From positions 129,300,330 through 129,351,348 of the forward strand of contig NC_068981.1 of the NCBI RefSeq assembly GCF_001194135.2: a stretch of 51,019 nt of DNA, in the 5' to 3' direction. The position numbers and the translations under genes were made by a program. The notes below the pieces were generated by a model. The model was given only the letters and a program-made list of their open reading frames with translations. It did not search any database and was not told the origin of the DNA. Of this stretch, positions 1-14,500 are shown one piece after another; position 1 is the stretch's first letter; every line of letters begins with the position of its first letter. The DNA comes from Octopus bimaculoides. Taxonomy: Eukaryota.

Positions 1-412
1 AGCAGTTGACTATGGTGCTGCTACACCAGTCATTGGGTATGACTCCTTCGTGTATCACCTGGTTCGTAATACGGGTGACTAGGCTGTAGCCAACACTGCC
101 AGATATTTTGAGCATCTCTGCAGTGATTCCTGATGGGCCGGGGGCTTTCCCGGTCTTCATACTCTTAATTGCTTTATCTACCCTGGTACTGTCAACTCGG
201 ATAGCTGGTCCCTCTGTTGGGTCGACATACGGCAGGCTCTCTTTCTCCCATTCATTCTCTTTATTAAGCAATCTATCATAGTGGCATCTCCAGACCTCTT
301 TCTTTGCAGCCTCATTTAGTGCAAGCATACCATCATCCATGCGAACACATTTCTCTCCTACGACATCACTATTCTCTCTCCTACACTGTCTTGCAACAAG
401 AAATACCTCTGG
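1..412 (-). mobile_element. RTE-clade LINE ORF fragment (linker plus start of RT), 5'-truncated near 412, runs off the left edge
   Basis: Manual minus-strand translation is open for about 137 codons: PEVFLVARQ...KKEVWRCHYDRLLNKENEW...AIKSMKTGKAPGPSGITAEMLK...IPNDWCSSTIVNC. This is the KAPGPxGIxxE / PxDW pattern that begins non-LTR RTs. The ORF track misses it because no stop lies in the window. Confidence 0.9.
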
Positions 413-1611
413 AGAAGATTAAGTTGCTTTTTTAACAAGTTGAGCAACAACACAGAAGCCTCCCATGTTGGCTGGCTGATCAGGAAGGTGTAATCCTAAT
501 AACTGGCCAAACATTACCATCATCAACACAAACTTAAAAGAGATGTTTCACAGGTATGGAATTACAAAGGCCTCAAACTGATGAACAAAGTTTTGAAAGT
601 GGTAGACTTTGTATATTTTTAAGTTCAAGATCAATGCAAACAAAGTAGATTAGAATGAAAATAGCTAAAACATCTTAAACTGACTTGATCAAAACTGTAA
701 TTTACAATTAATACTGAAAACCACAAAAAAGTGCATAAGTACTAATGGAAACTTACCTGGCAGTAAGGTAAGTTAATACCCAACCAAGTTCACACAAAAT
801 ATCAAAGGAGTTGAAATGAATATGCAAGAAAGGAATGATGTTGGATAATATGTTATTATCAAGCATCGTTCTACAATGAAATAAAACAAAGAATCAGCTG
901 GTAAAATAACTGCAAATCATTCATATTAAGAGTGTAATAAGCAATTATCTTAATAATTAAATCAGATATTTTCCACCATCATCATCATTTAATGTCTATG
1001 TTCCATGCTGGCATGAGCTGAAAATTTTGACAGGATAGGCCCAAGAACTGTTTGGCATGGTTTCTACAGCTGGACGCTCTTTCCAATGCCAACCACTTTA
1101 CAGTGTGTACTGGGTGCTTTTAACATGCCACTAACACTAATGAGATAGTCATGCAGCTTGCAAGACTACAAACCATGAGTGGGGAGGGAGAACTTTATGC
1201 CAGGAAAATAAGTAGACAGATAAAGTACAAGAGAAAAGGGTTGGAGCAAAGCAGGTTTCTTGTTCAAGACTACTCACATTTTAAAAGAGGGGTTGTTTGA
1301 TTAGGATGAGGACTGGAAATTAGTGATGCCAAATCAATATTTGAAGCAGTATAATTTGGAAATTATTTTTAAAATGTCACCAAAATAGCCACAGGGTTTC
1401 ATTAGCAATAGAAATGTTGAGTCCAACCAATGCTAGCATGAGAAAAGGACATTAAATTATGATGATGGTGATACTACAAAATGAGAGAAACAATCAAATT
1501 ATGCTAAGTGTGAAAATATACCATTTTAATAGAAATGTTTCAAATGAAATCATGAGTAAGAAGAACTGAAATTAAACATAAAAATCTTCAATCTGTTTTG
1601 TTCATAAATAC

Positions 1612-4028
1612 CTTTGTATGCTTGGATTTTCTCTGGCAAGGTTAGAGAGAGCAAAAGAGGCTGATTGGACAACAGAAGGCACAGGTGACTGAAATTGAAT
1701 AGTTAATGATATTTAACTTGATACATTTTGAATCCAGTCATTTCTTTTTAAATATTGCATGTTAACATATCAATTATAACTCTGAAGACAGCAATTTAAA
1801 AACAACTACAGTTTGGATCTGACATAGCAATAATGATTTTTAATATAAACACAAGATCACTAATTTTAGGGAGAGAGGATAAAGTTGATTAAATTGACCC
1901 TAATAACCCACAAAAGGATGAAAGGCAAAGTTGACTTTGGTGAAATTTAAACTCAGAATGTAAAGGACTCTAAGTGAATACCACAAAACATTTTATCTGA
2001 CTAAAGATTCTACAAACAATGCTCCAAACTTTGGGAGAGCATATACGGCCCATTAAATCAACTGTAGTACTTGACTGATACTATTTTACCATCATCAGAA
2101 AGATGAAAGGCACTGTCAACATTAGTAAAATTTTAATGACTAGCTGGAGCCATGAAAACTTCATGGAAAACATAAAAAACGTAAGCATCTGTAAATTGTG
2201 TGCTGGTACCATGAGAAATGTTTCTATATTGTGACACTTGAGGAATATAGAAAGAAGTGTAAAACCGATAACTATATAATCCAACCAAAATATCTCAGCT
2301 ACGCAAACATAAATAGAATAACTATATAGGCCTTAAAATATATCAAACATACTCAAAGAACCTTCTTGGTTTAGTGGTACAGAACATTCTTTTACTTGTT
2401 TCAGTCATTTTGCTGTGGCCATGCTGGAGCACCACCCTTTAGTTAAGAAATCAACCCCTGGTCTCATTCCCTGTAAATCTGGTGCTTATTCTATCAGTCT
2501 CTTCTGCCAAACAGCTAAGTTACAGGAATGCAAACACACCAACATCTGTTGCCAAGCAATGGTGGTGGAGGGACACAGAGACAAACACATAAATGAGCGG
2601 GGGCTTGTTTGTAGAGGAAACGTTAAACGTGCCTGAAAAAAAAAAAAAACATGGTCTTTCCCCCCAACTAAAAGGCATGAAAAACTATGAAAGAAGGCAA
2701 ATAAGTACCAGGAGTAGGAGGAAAGAGAGAACTAACAGTCGATCATTCTAGAACTCCCAGAATGAAAATGTAAACACTTGGAAGACTTTCCCTCTATGCA
2801 TTACTAAATGTCTTTCTCTTTTCTTCATTGTTAAAAGTAAAGAAGCTAGAAAAGATCAATTGTATTTCAGTCTAGTTATCATTTTAAATGACTGAAGCTT
2901 TCCTTTCTCTGTTTTTATTGCTTCACTCCTTTTCTCTATGGTTAAGAGTGAAGGTATGTGGCTCAGAGGTTAGGAGTATTCAGCCCACAATTCCCAGTGG
3001 CATGCTGTGTTCTTGAGCAAGGTACTCTACTTCATCTTGCTGCAGTCCATTCAGCTGGCAAAAATGAGATGTAGCTGTAATTCAAAGGGGCTAGCCTTGT
3101 CACATTCTGTGTGAGGCTGAATCTCCCTGAGAACGTTATGGTATGCATGTCTGTAGAGTACTCAGCCACTTGCGTGTTAATTTTATGAGCAGACTATTCC
3201 ATTGATCAGATAAACAGGAACCTCATCATTATAAGCGATCGAGTGCCATTTTTTAAAAAGTGTGAAAGAAAAAGAAATGTTCCATATTGTGAGGCAAAAA
3301 TGTCATGCGTTTAGAATAAGCAGTGAAAGTTAAGATGAAATAATTGCTACTCCGCCGTGTAGTGACTTTGCCCTCGATTCACACTCAGTTTGATAACAAC
3401 TGCCTGTGCATCAGTGTTTATCTGGGGGATCTTGGCCTCCAGATCTGTGAGACCTACAAATGCCACTGTTAGGAATGGATTAACACCCATAGTGACCCTA
3501 ACGACTAAAAAGATTTTCCTGCCCCTATATAGGATCTTTTTCATTTTCTTTCCACCACTTAAAAGTTTATCTTACTCCAGTCCACTCAGCTGGCCAAAAT
3601 GAGTTGTAGCTGTAAGTGAAAGGGGCCAGCCTTGTCATATTCTGTGTGAGGCTGAATCTCCCTGAGAACTATGTTAATGGTATGCATGTCTGTTGAGTAC
3701 TCAGCCACGTACAAGTTAATTTTATCCTCATATGGTAATGAAAAGTGAAAGTGACATCTAATATTAGTTGTAGTTATTTGTCTTTGATTTAACAATATGT
3801 CTATGTATTCATGTATCAACTTTTCTTTCGATCTATGTATCTACTGTCTCTCTCACTTCCTGTGTCCCTCCTCTCTCCCGTTTTTAATTTAACAATGTGT
3901 GTATACATCTATGCAACTACTTTTCTTTTGATCTATGTATCTATGCATCAGTCTACTCTGAAAATACTGATAAACATTTTACCTATCCCTTTAACTGTAG
4001 AAAAGTAACAGTAACATCCACAGCTATT

Positions 4029-4068
<40 letters not shown>

Positions 4069-5492
4069 CAGACAAAATAACTGTCAGACAGACAGATAGG
4101 CAACATTTCTTTTTGCAATTATCATATATCATTGAAAAAGAAAAGTTTTCCATTTTCTGTATGAGAATGGTTCCATTGTCTTGCACTATTATTCTCTATC
4201 CACTCCCTTCCTTCACTCAATCTTTCTCTCTAAATCCCCCCCCCANNNNNNNNNNCCCCCCCCCCATATCTCCTTGCCTTTAACTGTCCTCCTGCGTTTA
4301 ACACATATTTCTCTTACCTCTCAGCGCTATCACTCTCCCCTCTATATCTCTCTTACTTCCTCTTCTTTGCCGCTTTGCCTCTCACTTCAACTATACCTCC
4401 TCTGCTTCTGTTCCTCTCTTCTCTCCTGCTTTGCCACTCATTTCAAGTATACCTAATTTGCTTAACACTTTTTATTTCTCTTTTTCTTTGTACCTCTCCC
4501 TTCAACTTTTTACCTCTTTGTGTGAGGTGTGACACACACCACAGGTACATACAAAAATAAAAAGAACTAAGCATATTAATATTATTGATAATCATTTGTT
4601 TTACATCAATTTTTCTATGCTGGCATGGGTTGGATGGATACTTATTTGAAACAGTATTTTACGACAAGATGTTCTTTCCGTTATCAAACCATACCTGTTT
4701 TTCAAGGGACTTTTTTTTAATTCTACTAAATTTCAAAAGAGCTGAGCGACAGGACATGGTTCACAGAGAATATAAACCTCATATTACCATTTTCTATTCA
4801 AACATTCTCATGTAAAAGAGTGAAAATGACAACATGCACACACACACACACACATATACACAATGGGCTTTCATACCAATTTCACTCTTGAGGGATTGGA
4901 CAGCCCATGGTGCTATGCAGTTGGGCTGAATCAAAGACCATATGGTTACAAAGCAAACTTTTTAACCACACAGCCATTTAAGCTTGATGTACCAGCTTGA
5001 TACAATGTATTAAATGTTCTAGGATTTGGAGATATCCAAAATATTTGTAAATCTACTCTACAATGAGTGTAACTAATTAGATCCAAAAATCAAATCCTCC
5101 ATTCTAACAGTATGTACTAGATTCTATCTTCAGACAAAGTCTGTGATAAAAATCATGAGATGCAACATGCAAGTGTACTAAAGACAAATGTAGCAATTAT
5201 AGAGAACTACAATGTTCTTTCCACCACTGTAGTATTTTTCCAACTGAATTTAGCAAAGTTGAATGGCCCAAGAAAAGACTTGAGAATAAAACTGAAATGT
5301 AACAACACATTACAGTTATTGCTCACAATAGTTTGTCTCTTTACATGATAATACTTATTTACAGTAAGGTAAGCTAAACTATCAAGAGTTATATATTGTA
5401 TTCTTAATTTTGTGAATGGAATTATTCCAACAGGACATCTGTTTTGGTAAACAATAACAGTTTGCAAAAAAAAAAAATAAGAAGAAGAATAA

Positions 5493-5540
<48 letters not shown>

Positions 5541-8500
5541 NNNNNNNNNNCAACAACATCAAAACAACAGTCAATTAAGAGGCTGTTCAACTGTTCACTG
5601 ACTACAAGTTTTCTCTGCTATCCTGTTATAGTGGTAGTGGTAATGATCCTCACATTCTTCATATTCTTGACACCATACCATACCATACTATACTTTCAAT
5701 TTCTGTATGCTGCAAGATATTAGCAGTAACAGCTTATTACAACTATTAATAAGCTTCTAAGAGATTATCTGACCTAGAAACAGCAGCAAAAACCTTCCAC
5801 TCAAATAAAGAAAAATACATTGCACAACATAGTCCCTGATAAACAAAAATATAGATGAGCACATATGGAATGCTTACAATCCAAGGTCTGTTTGACCAAG
5901 ACTGACTACAGAACAAACAAAAGAACAAATATAATACTTCATGAGCATTCATAAGAAATTGTAAAATTACAAATACTGATTTACTTAATGATTTAATTGT
6001 TCTTATAGGACATGTGAGAGACACCCAACATACCTTGAATATAAGCTTATGCAACTTGTGATACTCATTCTACCAGCCTTCATACATTAACCGTATTATT
6101 TTTTTTATGCGCCATTTTAAAGCCTAGCCAGGCTGATGGGCCCAGTTTCCCGGTTTCTATGGCGTATGTGTTCCCCCCAGCTGGACGGGACGCCAGTCCA
6201 TCACAGCGTTACTCAAGAAACAGGAAGAAAGTGTGAGAGAAAGTTGGGGCGAAAGAGTACAACAGGGGTCGCCACCACCCCCTGCCGGAGCCGCGTGGAG
6301 CTTTTAGGTGTTTTCCCTCAATAAACACACACAATGCCTGGTCTGGGAATCGAAACCGCAATCTTCCGACTGCAAGTCCGCTGCCCTAACCACTGGGCCA
6401 TTGCGCCTCCGCCATTAACCTTATTACCCAGCCATTAAACTCAAATATACCCTGAAGTGAAAATACATTGGATGTCTCTTCTAACACATACACAAAAATG
6501 CTAAATAAACACATGAGGTGGTATCAAAAAGTTCCCAGACTAGTTCTGTAGTGTGCCAACAGATGGCAACACATGGTTGTGTGCACAGTGAAAGCTAGCA
6601 GTGATCTTCATGAGGCAGTGTGCTGAGTGACACTGCAGTGTTTACTTCGCAAGTTGCGACATTTGTATTTTTGTGATCATGTGTCTGCTGTAGTCTGCAA
6701 TTTTGTCAGGGACAGGAACAAAGAGCCAATGTGAAATTTTGTGTTAAACTTGGGAAGTCTGCTACAGAAACATTGAACATGCTTCAGCAAGCTTACGGCA
6801 ATGAGTTGTATGCAATGTTCAACTGGCACAGGCGCTTAGAACATCCTTGAAAGATGATGAGTGATCTGGAAGATCTGCCACAAGCAACACCCCAGGAAAT
6901 GTGGTATTGTGCACCAAGTATTCATCCCCCAGAGCCAGACCATCAATCAAGAGTTCTACTGCGATGTTTTGAAGCGTCTTAGGACATTCGGCGAAAGCAA
7001 CTGGATCTGTGAAGTGTGAAGAATTGGATACTTCATGACGACAATGCACTCTGTCACCGAGCGTCTCACCAAAAACAACACAGCATCGCTTCTGCACTTG
7101 CCCTATTTGCCAGATTTAGCATCTGTAGACTTCTATTTCTTCCCCAAGATGTAAATGCAGCTCAAAGATTACTGTTTTAACACTGTTGTCAAGATCCAGA
7201 GCGAACCACAGAATGTCCTTGACTCACTTATGTAAAATGACTTCCAGGTCGGATTCCAAAAGTGGCAGGAATGCTGGGACCGGTGTATTACTGCACAAAG
7301 TGACTATTTCAAAGGAGATGATGTTAAAATTTAGGTAAATAAGTTATTTTTTATTAAACATAACTGGTCCAGGAACTTCTTGATATCACCTCGTATGAAA
7401 TGATGTCCTTGTAAAAGCTTTTCAATAATACATTAATGACATAGAAAGGAAATAAAAATACCTGCAGAAGATTTATTAATGGAGAAACAGCTCCTTGGGT
7501 ATGTAAGAGGTCCTGGCATTCTTTGCTATCACCAGCCAGGTTACCAACAGCCCAAGCAGACTGATCCTAAAATGTTAAAAGGACATTACATCTGTTCATA
7601 TTCACAAATTAAATAATTAAAATACATAAAGTTATAAGCTAATCAAAAACTGTATTTATACTTTATTTCTCTTTAGTGATGAATAAGCTAAGATTGCACA
7701 GCATACCAGTTTTTTCTTTTACTTGTTTCAGTCATTAGACTGCGGCCATGCTGAGGCATTACCTTGAAGAATTTTTAGTCAAATGAATCAAGCTCAGTAC
7801 TTATCTTCTTTAAAGTCTGGTACTTATTCCATTGATCTCTTTTGCCAAACACACCAGACCCGGTTGTCAAGTGAGAGTGGGAGACAAACACGGACACACG
7901 ACAAACTTCATTTCAGTTTCTGTCTACCAAATCCACTCACAAGGCTTTGGTTGGCCCAAGGCTATAGTAGAAGACACTTGCCCAAAGTGCCATGCAGAGG
8001 GACTGAACCCAGAAGCAAGCTTCCTAACACACAGCCAACAATATTTATAAAAAAAAAAAAACGAAGTAAATATAAAAAGAATAAAAACTGAGAGCCCAAT
8101 GAGAATCAAGACAGCTCTTTTGTTAATGTCTCAGAGTAATTAACACCATACTATAAACTCTCTAACAACGATCATATTATGTTAATAACCTTATGTCTAT
8201 ATTCTGGCATTGTTTCCAGTGCAAATGCTTTTACATGGCACTGACACAGGAACTTTTATGTGGCACCAGCACAGGTACTTTTACATGGCACCAGTGCCCA
8301 CGAGCTCACAAGACTAGGATCTCTGATCTCTTGGCTGAGAGAGGGACGTAGAGGTCATACCTGTATGCATGGACAGCCACAATTTTACTTAGCCTGGCAG
8401 GTCTTCTCAAGCACAGCAAACCACCAGAAGTCACAAATTTAAATTTTATTTACTTTTAGTGTCATATAAACTACAATGAGCCAGTTAATACATGTTTATA

Positions 8501-11500
8501 TTTTTAAAGTGTTTTGCACATACACAACCCAAACAGAAAAATAGTAAAAAAGAGAGATCACAAAAGGAAACCCATTTCGTTAATGCTTCAGTGTAATTCT
8601 AACAAAAGCAGCAACAAGGAAAATGCAAGTTCAAATTCTAATTACTCTCACTTATCCCTTTTAATATCTGCTGATGCAGTTTATCTCTCCAAATACTTTT
8701 TTTTTTCAGTACCAAACAAAACAAATATTCTTATAGATAATTGAGGATAGGTTACATATAGAATAGAAAATCCATAAATGATAATAATAGTGAATTATAA
8801 TTTCTCTAATAATACATGTGAAATAGCAGTTATTTGACCAAACACTGATATTTTTACATAATCACAAGACCACTGAATAATGAGATAGTCATTAAGAAAG
8901 TGTGATATTCTTATCTTTCTCAATAATACTACCACAATAAAGTAAAATATCTATGACTAAGAAATAGAAACAAGTTCAAAGCTTGTTATATCCCTTAACT
9001 TGTGCCCCTCTAGAAAAGTTCACAAGGCCGCTTGAATTGGATTTTTGACAATAGAAGTAATATTAATTTGTTACTTAACACAAGTACGAAAGGGTCATTT
9101 TTGCCCCATTTCAATTTTCAATTTGTTTACTACACAAAGCATAGCAGTTAGCATGTTGGGCTTTCGTGACTTCAGGAGTTGTACCCTATGATGAATTTCA
9201 TTATTTGATATGTAATATATTTTCTCAAAATTTTCACGTCTTTCTAAAGACATTGTAAAAATATTAGGTACTTCTAGTATAAAGACTGTAAAGTTTTGAC
9301 TTACTAAATAAACATTAGTAAGGCAATACATAGTCGTGTGATATCACACAATCATACATTCACCCCAACAGTAAGATCAAGATATTGGTTCATAATATTA
9401 CAAAGTCAAACTTTTGTTACTACTATTTTGTTTTCACCAAGACAAGGTACACTATTCTGTTAGCTTTAATAGGTCAAACTGATAACAAACACTACTTCTA
9501 CTTAATGGTTGAATAGTTTGCTGTGTGGAAAGCTTATTGCAGTAATATATGTAGCAAGATCATCCAAATTTATAATAGCTTTCCTTCCCTTGGTAGTATG
9601 GAGAAAAAAAATTAAAAAATAACAGTAAAAATAGAAATTATAAAAGAGAAAATACAAAATACAGCTAGTTTAAATATTATATTCTTCTCAAAGCAGTAAG
9701 CATAAAGAGTCCATTGAGTTGTTACCTGTAAGAAATGATTGTTACTGCTAAGGTATGTGATGAGGTAAGGAGCAGCTATCTTAGCAATGGCAGTTGTGTA
9801 GTGATGCATTCCAGCTGATAGGTTGGTGAGGCACCATGCAGCCTCCAACTGCACATCAGGATCTGGACCAGTAAATAAACCAACCAAACAAGGCAATACA
9901 TTCTCAACACTACAATAAATACAAAACAAAACTGTTAACATTGCAATGCTAACATTTTGATGTGTTTTAGTTACATCTTTTATAACAATGATACAGTTAA
10001 AAGAATATTATCAATACCAAACAGAATCAATTTTTAAAACAAGACAGTTTTTAATGTCATGTTGCTGATATCAGAATCTTTTAGAGAAGATAAATATGCT
10101 TCAGTTATTCAAGTCTCCAAATAAAATATTCCTTCCAGTATAATAAAACCTCAGATGTGTGGTGATTGCAGTGATTAGAAGCCTAGTACATGTTATGAAA
10201 ATCTGGTCTGCTTTCAAATATATAAAAATGCTACTCTGTTCTATCTTTGTGAAGAAGGACATATTCCTTAGCCAAAACCCACTATCTTTTGAATGAATGT
10301 AAAGTTTCTACTGTGATATTTGATAATAAGTTACCACTTGCACATACACAAATCCTGATAACAATTACAAAAGAATCAATCTTAAACAAAGATTTCATGA
10401 GTAATTATGTCCACATCCTAGTAACATTCCCTGCAACATAAATGAACTCACTTATATTTAATAATATTGAGTGGGGCATTACCACAGTGCCCCACACAAT
10501 ATTGTTATACTAATGTGTTTTGGTGTGTCTTAGTTACATCTGTTATAACTCTGATAAAGTTAAAAGAATATATTCAATACCAAACTGAGTCAATCCTCTC
10601 CTTCTTCAGATAGAACAGAGTAGCATTTTTATATATTTGAAAGCAGACCAGATTTTCATAACATGTACAAGGCTTCTAATCACTGCAAATAATGATAAAA
10701 TGATACTGTATTTGCCCATGTATAAAATGCACTCTCACATAAGACAAACCCCTCAGTATCCCATTCATAGTAAGATCACATTAGAATTGCAATTTTTTGT
10801 TACAGCTAAAAAATATTAAAAAAATCTTCTGTACCAGCATATATGGCATACACACACACACACATTTATATGAATTAAATAAAATACTACATATAAAGTA
10901 AATAAAACTTGTTACCTGAAAAATGCATCAATATATAATGATCCTTGTGAAAAAGCTCTCCTTAAGAGCTGTAATTTTTCTATGCATCTATCACAGCCCT
11001 TCAGCAAATCTTGAGTAGCTGCTATCACCTGCAATAAGACCATTTAGAATTAGTTTTGATTTACATATTCCAAAAGGAACAAAAGATTTTATAAATTCCT
11101 ATAGACACAAAGATAGATACTTCATTAAGACTAGCAGTAAAACAAGAACAATGACTGTTCTGGAAAAGGAAGGGGTACATAATATATATTTAAGAACATT
11201 CCTATCATGCAAAAGAAGTCTTATCAGATACTGGCAGGTAAAATTGGATGGAGCAAATGACCAAAGACAGAAAAATTGGAATAATGTACTGCCAACAGAT
11301 TTATGACTTGTTAAAAAGAGTTTATGAATTAAAAAACAGAAATATTTATTGACAATAACTCAAGGAAACAGCCTAAGTGTGAAAAACAATTTACAGTGCA
11401 GTATATAAATTCTTTGAGAGAGATTATACATGGTCACAGGAAAATATAAAACAATCAAATACGTAAATCTATACATTGATTCTCTTAGTGCTATTAGAAT

Positions 11501-14500
11501 TTGAAACAAGTAATATGGAAAAACAAGGTGTTAAAGAATCATGATAAAAGTGAGGCAGTTGTGAGTTATAGCCATGTGACTATCTTATTTGCTAAATCAC
11601 TGACAATGATAATGTGATGGCAATTCAATCAAAATTTGTGCTATACTTATCATCAGACAAGTGTATGATGATAAGTATAGCACAAATTTTGATTGACTAC
11701 AGACAATTACTAAGCATTTACTTAAAAAAAAAAGAAAAGTTGGGAGCCTAACTGAGAATTGTTGTACAGAACCATAAAATACAGAAAAGAACAAGGTTAT
11801 CTAGGTGAGAAGTATTTACAACAGTCATAAATTAGAAACTCAATGTACAGGAGATGGACAAAATAATGAAAACACCTTAAAATTTCAAACAAATTTATCT
11901 TAATATGGGGTAGGACCGCCTTTGGCAGTAATTACAGCTTGAATTATACGAGTTATGAACTCGTACAAAGTTTGAATTGTTTCCAAAGGGATTTTTGTCC
12001 ATTCTTCAGCTAAATCAGTCACCAGTTCTTGTAGTGATGACGGTGGAGGATATCGACTCCTTATTTGTTTTTCTAAAATGTACCATAAAGGTTCAATAAT
12101 ATTGAGATCTGGGGACTGTGATGGCCAGACAAGATGTTCAACTTCACTAGAATGTTCCTTGTGCCATTCAGTAACAACTTTAGCTGTGTGAATTGGTGCA
12201 TTATCATCCTTAAAGATTGCATTTCCCTCTAGAAATAGTTCTGCAACCATAGGACAAATTTGATCAGATAAAATGCTTAAATAGTCTTGACTGATTCTGC
12301 CATGAAGGCAAACCATTGGGCCAACGGATTTCCAAGATATTGCCCCCCCCCCCTCATCACAAATCCTCCTCCATGTTTAACAGTTGGAAGAAGGCAGTCT
12401 GGGCCAAATGCTTGTTTTGGCTGTCTCCGCACGTATATTTGGCCGGCGGTCGGAAATATGGTAACGGATGACTTGCCCAAGAAAATAACATTCTTCCACT
12501 GCTCTAGGGACCAATTCTGTAGATTTTTACTCCACTCTAAATGCTTTGCAAGTTTGTTTTTGAAAGTAGTGGTTTTCTGATTGCAGTCCTCCCGNNNNNN
12601 NNNNNNNNNNNNNNNNNNNNNNNNNNNNNNNNNNNNNNNNNNNNNNNNNNNNNNNNNNNNNNNNNNNNNNNNNNNNNNNNNNNNNNGTTTTGGTTTTCTT
12701 CCGGAGTTTTGTTTCGACAAGGAGGTTTTTCCTTCTTTCTCAAAGGCTGTCATTACTTTCGAGATAGTACTTCTTAATACACCAAACATTTTGGCTGTTT
12801 TTGTTACGCTAGCCTCTGCCATATGAGCACCAACAATTTGATTTCTTTGAAAGTCTGATAGATCTGTCATTTTAATGAATTTTAATTACCTTTTTCTAAT
12901 GATGTCTGAAAAGAAACAACAATTTTAGCAAAACATATTAAGCAACACTAATAATAAATCAAAAAACATAAAAATAAACAAGCTTTTGACAGTTTTATAG
13001 ATATTCAAAATTATGATGCTATGATGCTAGGTGTTTCCATTATTTTGTCCAACCCCTGTTTGTATATATTTTCATACTGAAATGCACAAAATTTTATCAT
13101 TTATAATATACAAGTTCATATAAATATTAAAGAAATATAGAGGAATTATGAAAAATCTTACTGAAATCTAACTCAAAAAAGATAATAACTTGGGGTGAAT
13201 TTGTCATTGACATAATTTTTACATCCAATTTTTCCAAGCTGCTATGGGTTGGATGAAGCTTATTGATGTTCTATTATCATGGCCAGAAACCCTTCTTGAT
13301 GCCAACCTTTTAAGGAAGGAACTTTATTCTGCTAGTTTTCATATGTTGAACTGGAGCTACAGCACGTTAAGAAATGTCAGTACTGCCTAAGTGTTATGAA
13401 AGCAAACACATGTATCATCATCATTTCAACATCCACTTTTCCATACTTGCATGGTTCAGACAGCCTTTGTTGAGGTTGATTTTTTTAATGGCCAGATGCC
13501 CTTCATGTTGACAACCCTCACCTATTTCCAATATATATATATGATGGGCTTCCATACAATTTCAGTCAACCAAATTTTGCCAGCATGGAAAACAGACATT
13601 AAAGGATGATGATGATGATGATAATGAAGGCCTTAGTCAACTCAAGGCTATAGTAAAAGACACTTGCTCAAAGTGACCCCAATAAGATCAAACTTAAAAC
13701 AATGTACTTGCCAAGTGAACTTCTTAATACCATGGCCATTCCAAGATGAAAAATAAAAATGCAGGAGAAATTGAAATTTTTAAAAACCAAACTTTAGAAA
13801 GTAAGAGTAATCAATACACAAAAATATTAACAAAAACAAATGAAACAAAAAGAATTAAGCCCCAAACAGTTCCTGTCTATATTAGCACAGAATTGATGTG
13901 GTTTTGATGACCATATTGTCTTGTAAGATGCAGAAAACAAAAAATTAAATAAAATATTGCATAATTTTTATCTTATAAAACAAGAAAAAATATTCAAAAA
14001 CTGCCTCTCCTTATGATCATACCTCTTGCTCAGATATCTCATCCGTTGGTTCATCATAGCGAAAGCGTTTAGAATTAAGTATCCAGTCTCTTTTTTCTTT
14101 ACGAATGACTACAAAAGAAAAAAAAGTAAAGATGGTAGTGTCAATAACCTTATTTTTCACAGAAAACCAATTGACTCAAAACAAAATTTGCGAAAACAGA
14201 AAAATATCACATTAATTTCATTCCATTAACCACATCTTTTATAAACACACAAAGTTCACGTATTTTAATTTTCAGAAACACAAAAACTTAATCCTGTCTC
14301 TATCACAGCCCTGTACTTATGTATAGTTAATTAACCATCTCATCAGTTTATTCATTACAGACCTAGCTGATGAAAACTCAAAACCATTAATATTCTATTC
14401 ATCTGACATTCCTTTTAACTTTTTGTTAGCCCCCCACTTCATTTGCTTATGTTGCTCATCTTTTCAGATGTGTAGGCTTTTATAGGTTTACATTATATAG

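Noticed and set aside
5207-5590. 127-aa ORF with a poly-Tyr run
   Set aside because: It is a translation of the (TAA)n microsatellite across an N gap.
5746-6054. Candidate TMCO6-like exon after a gtttgttctgtag acceptor near 5906
   Set aside because: It has no ARM-like content, and the exon at 1688-1612 supplies the expected SPxxxVxxSAxFALSNL in the right phase.
6340-6410. tRNA gene candidates (also 40149-40220 and 45015-45086)
   Set aside because: They have A/B boxes but no complete cloverleaf, and they continue into repeat bodies, so they are tRNA-derived heads rather than tRNA genes.
8225-8300. Short regularly spaced repeats (cttttacatggcac...) resembling a CRISPR array
   Set aside because: These are internal tandem units of the RTE 3' region, with no unique spacers and no cas genes, in a eukaryotic context.
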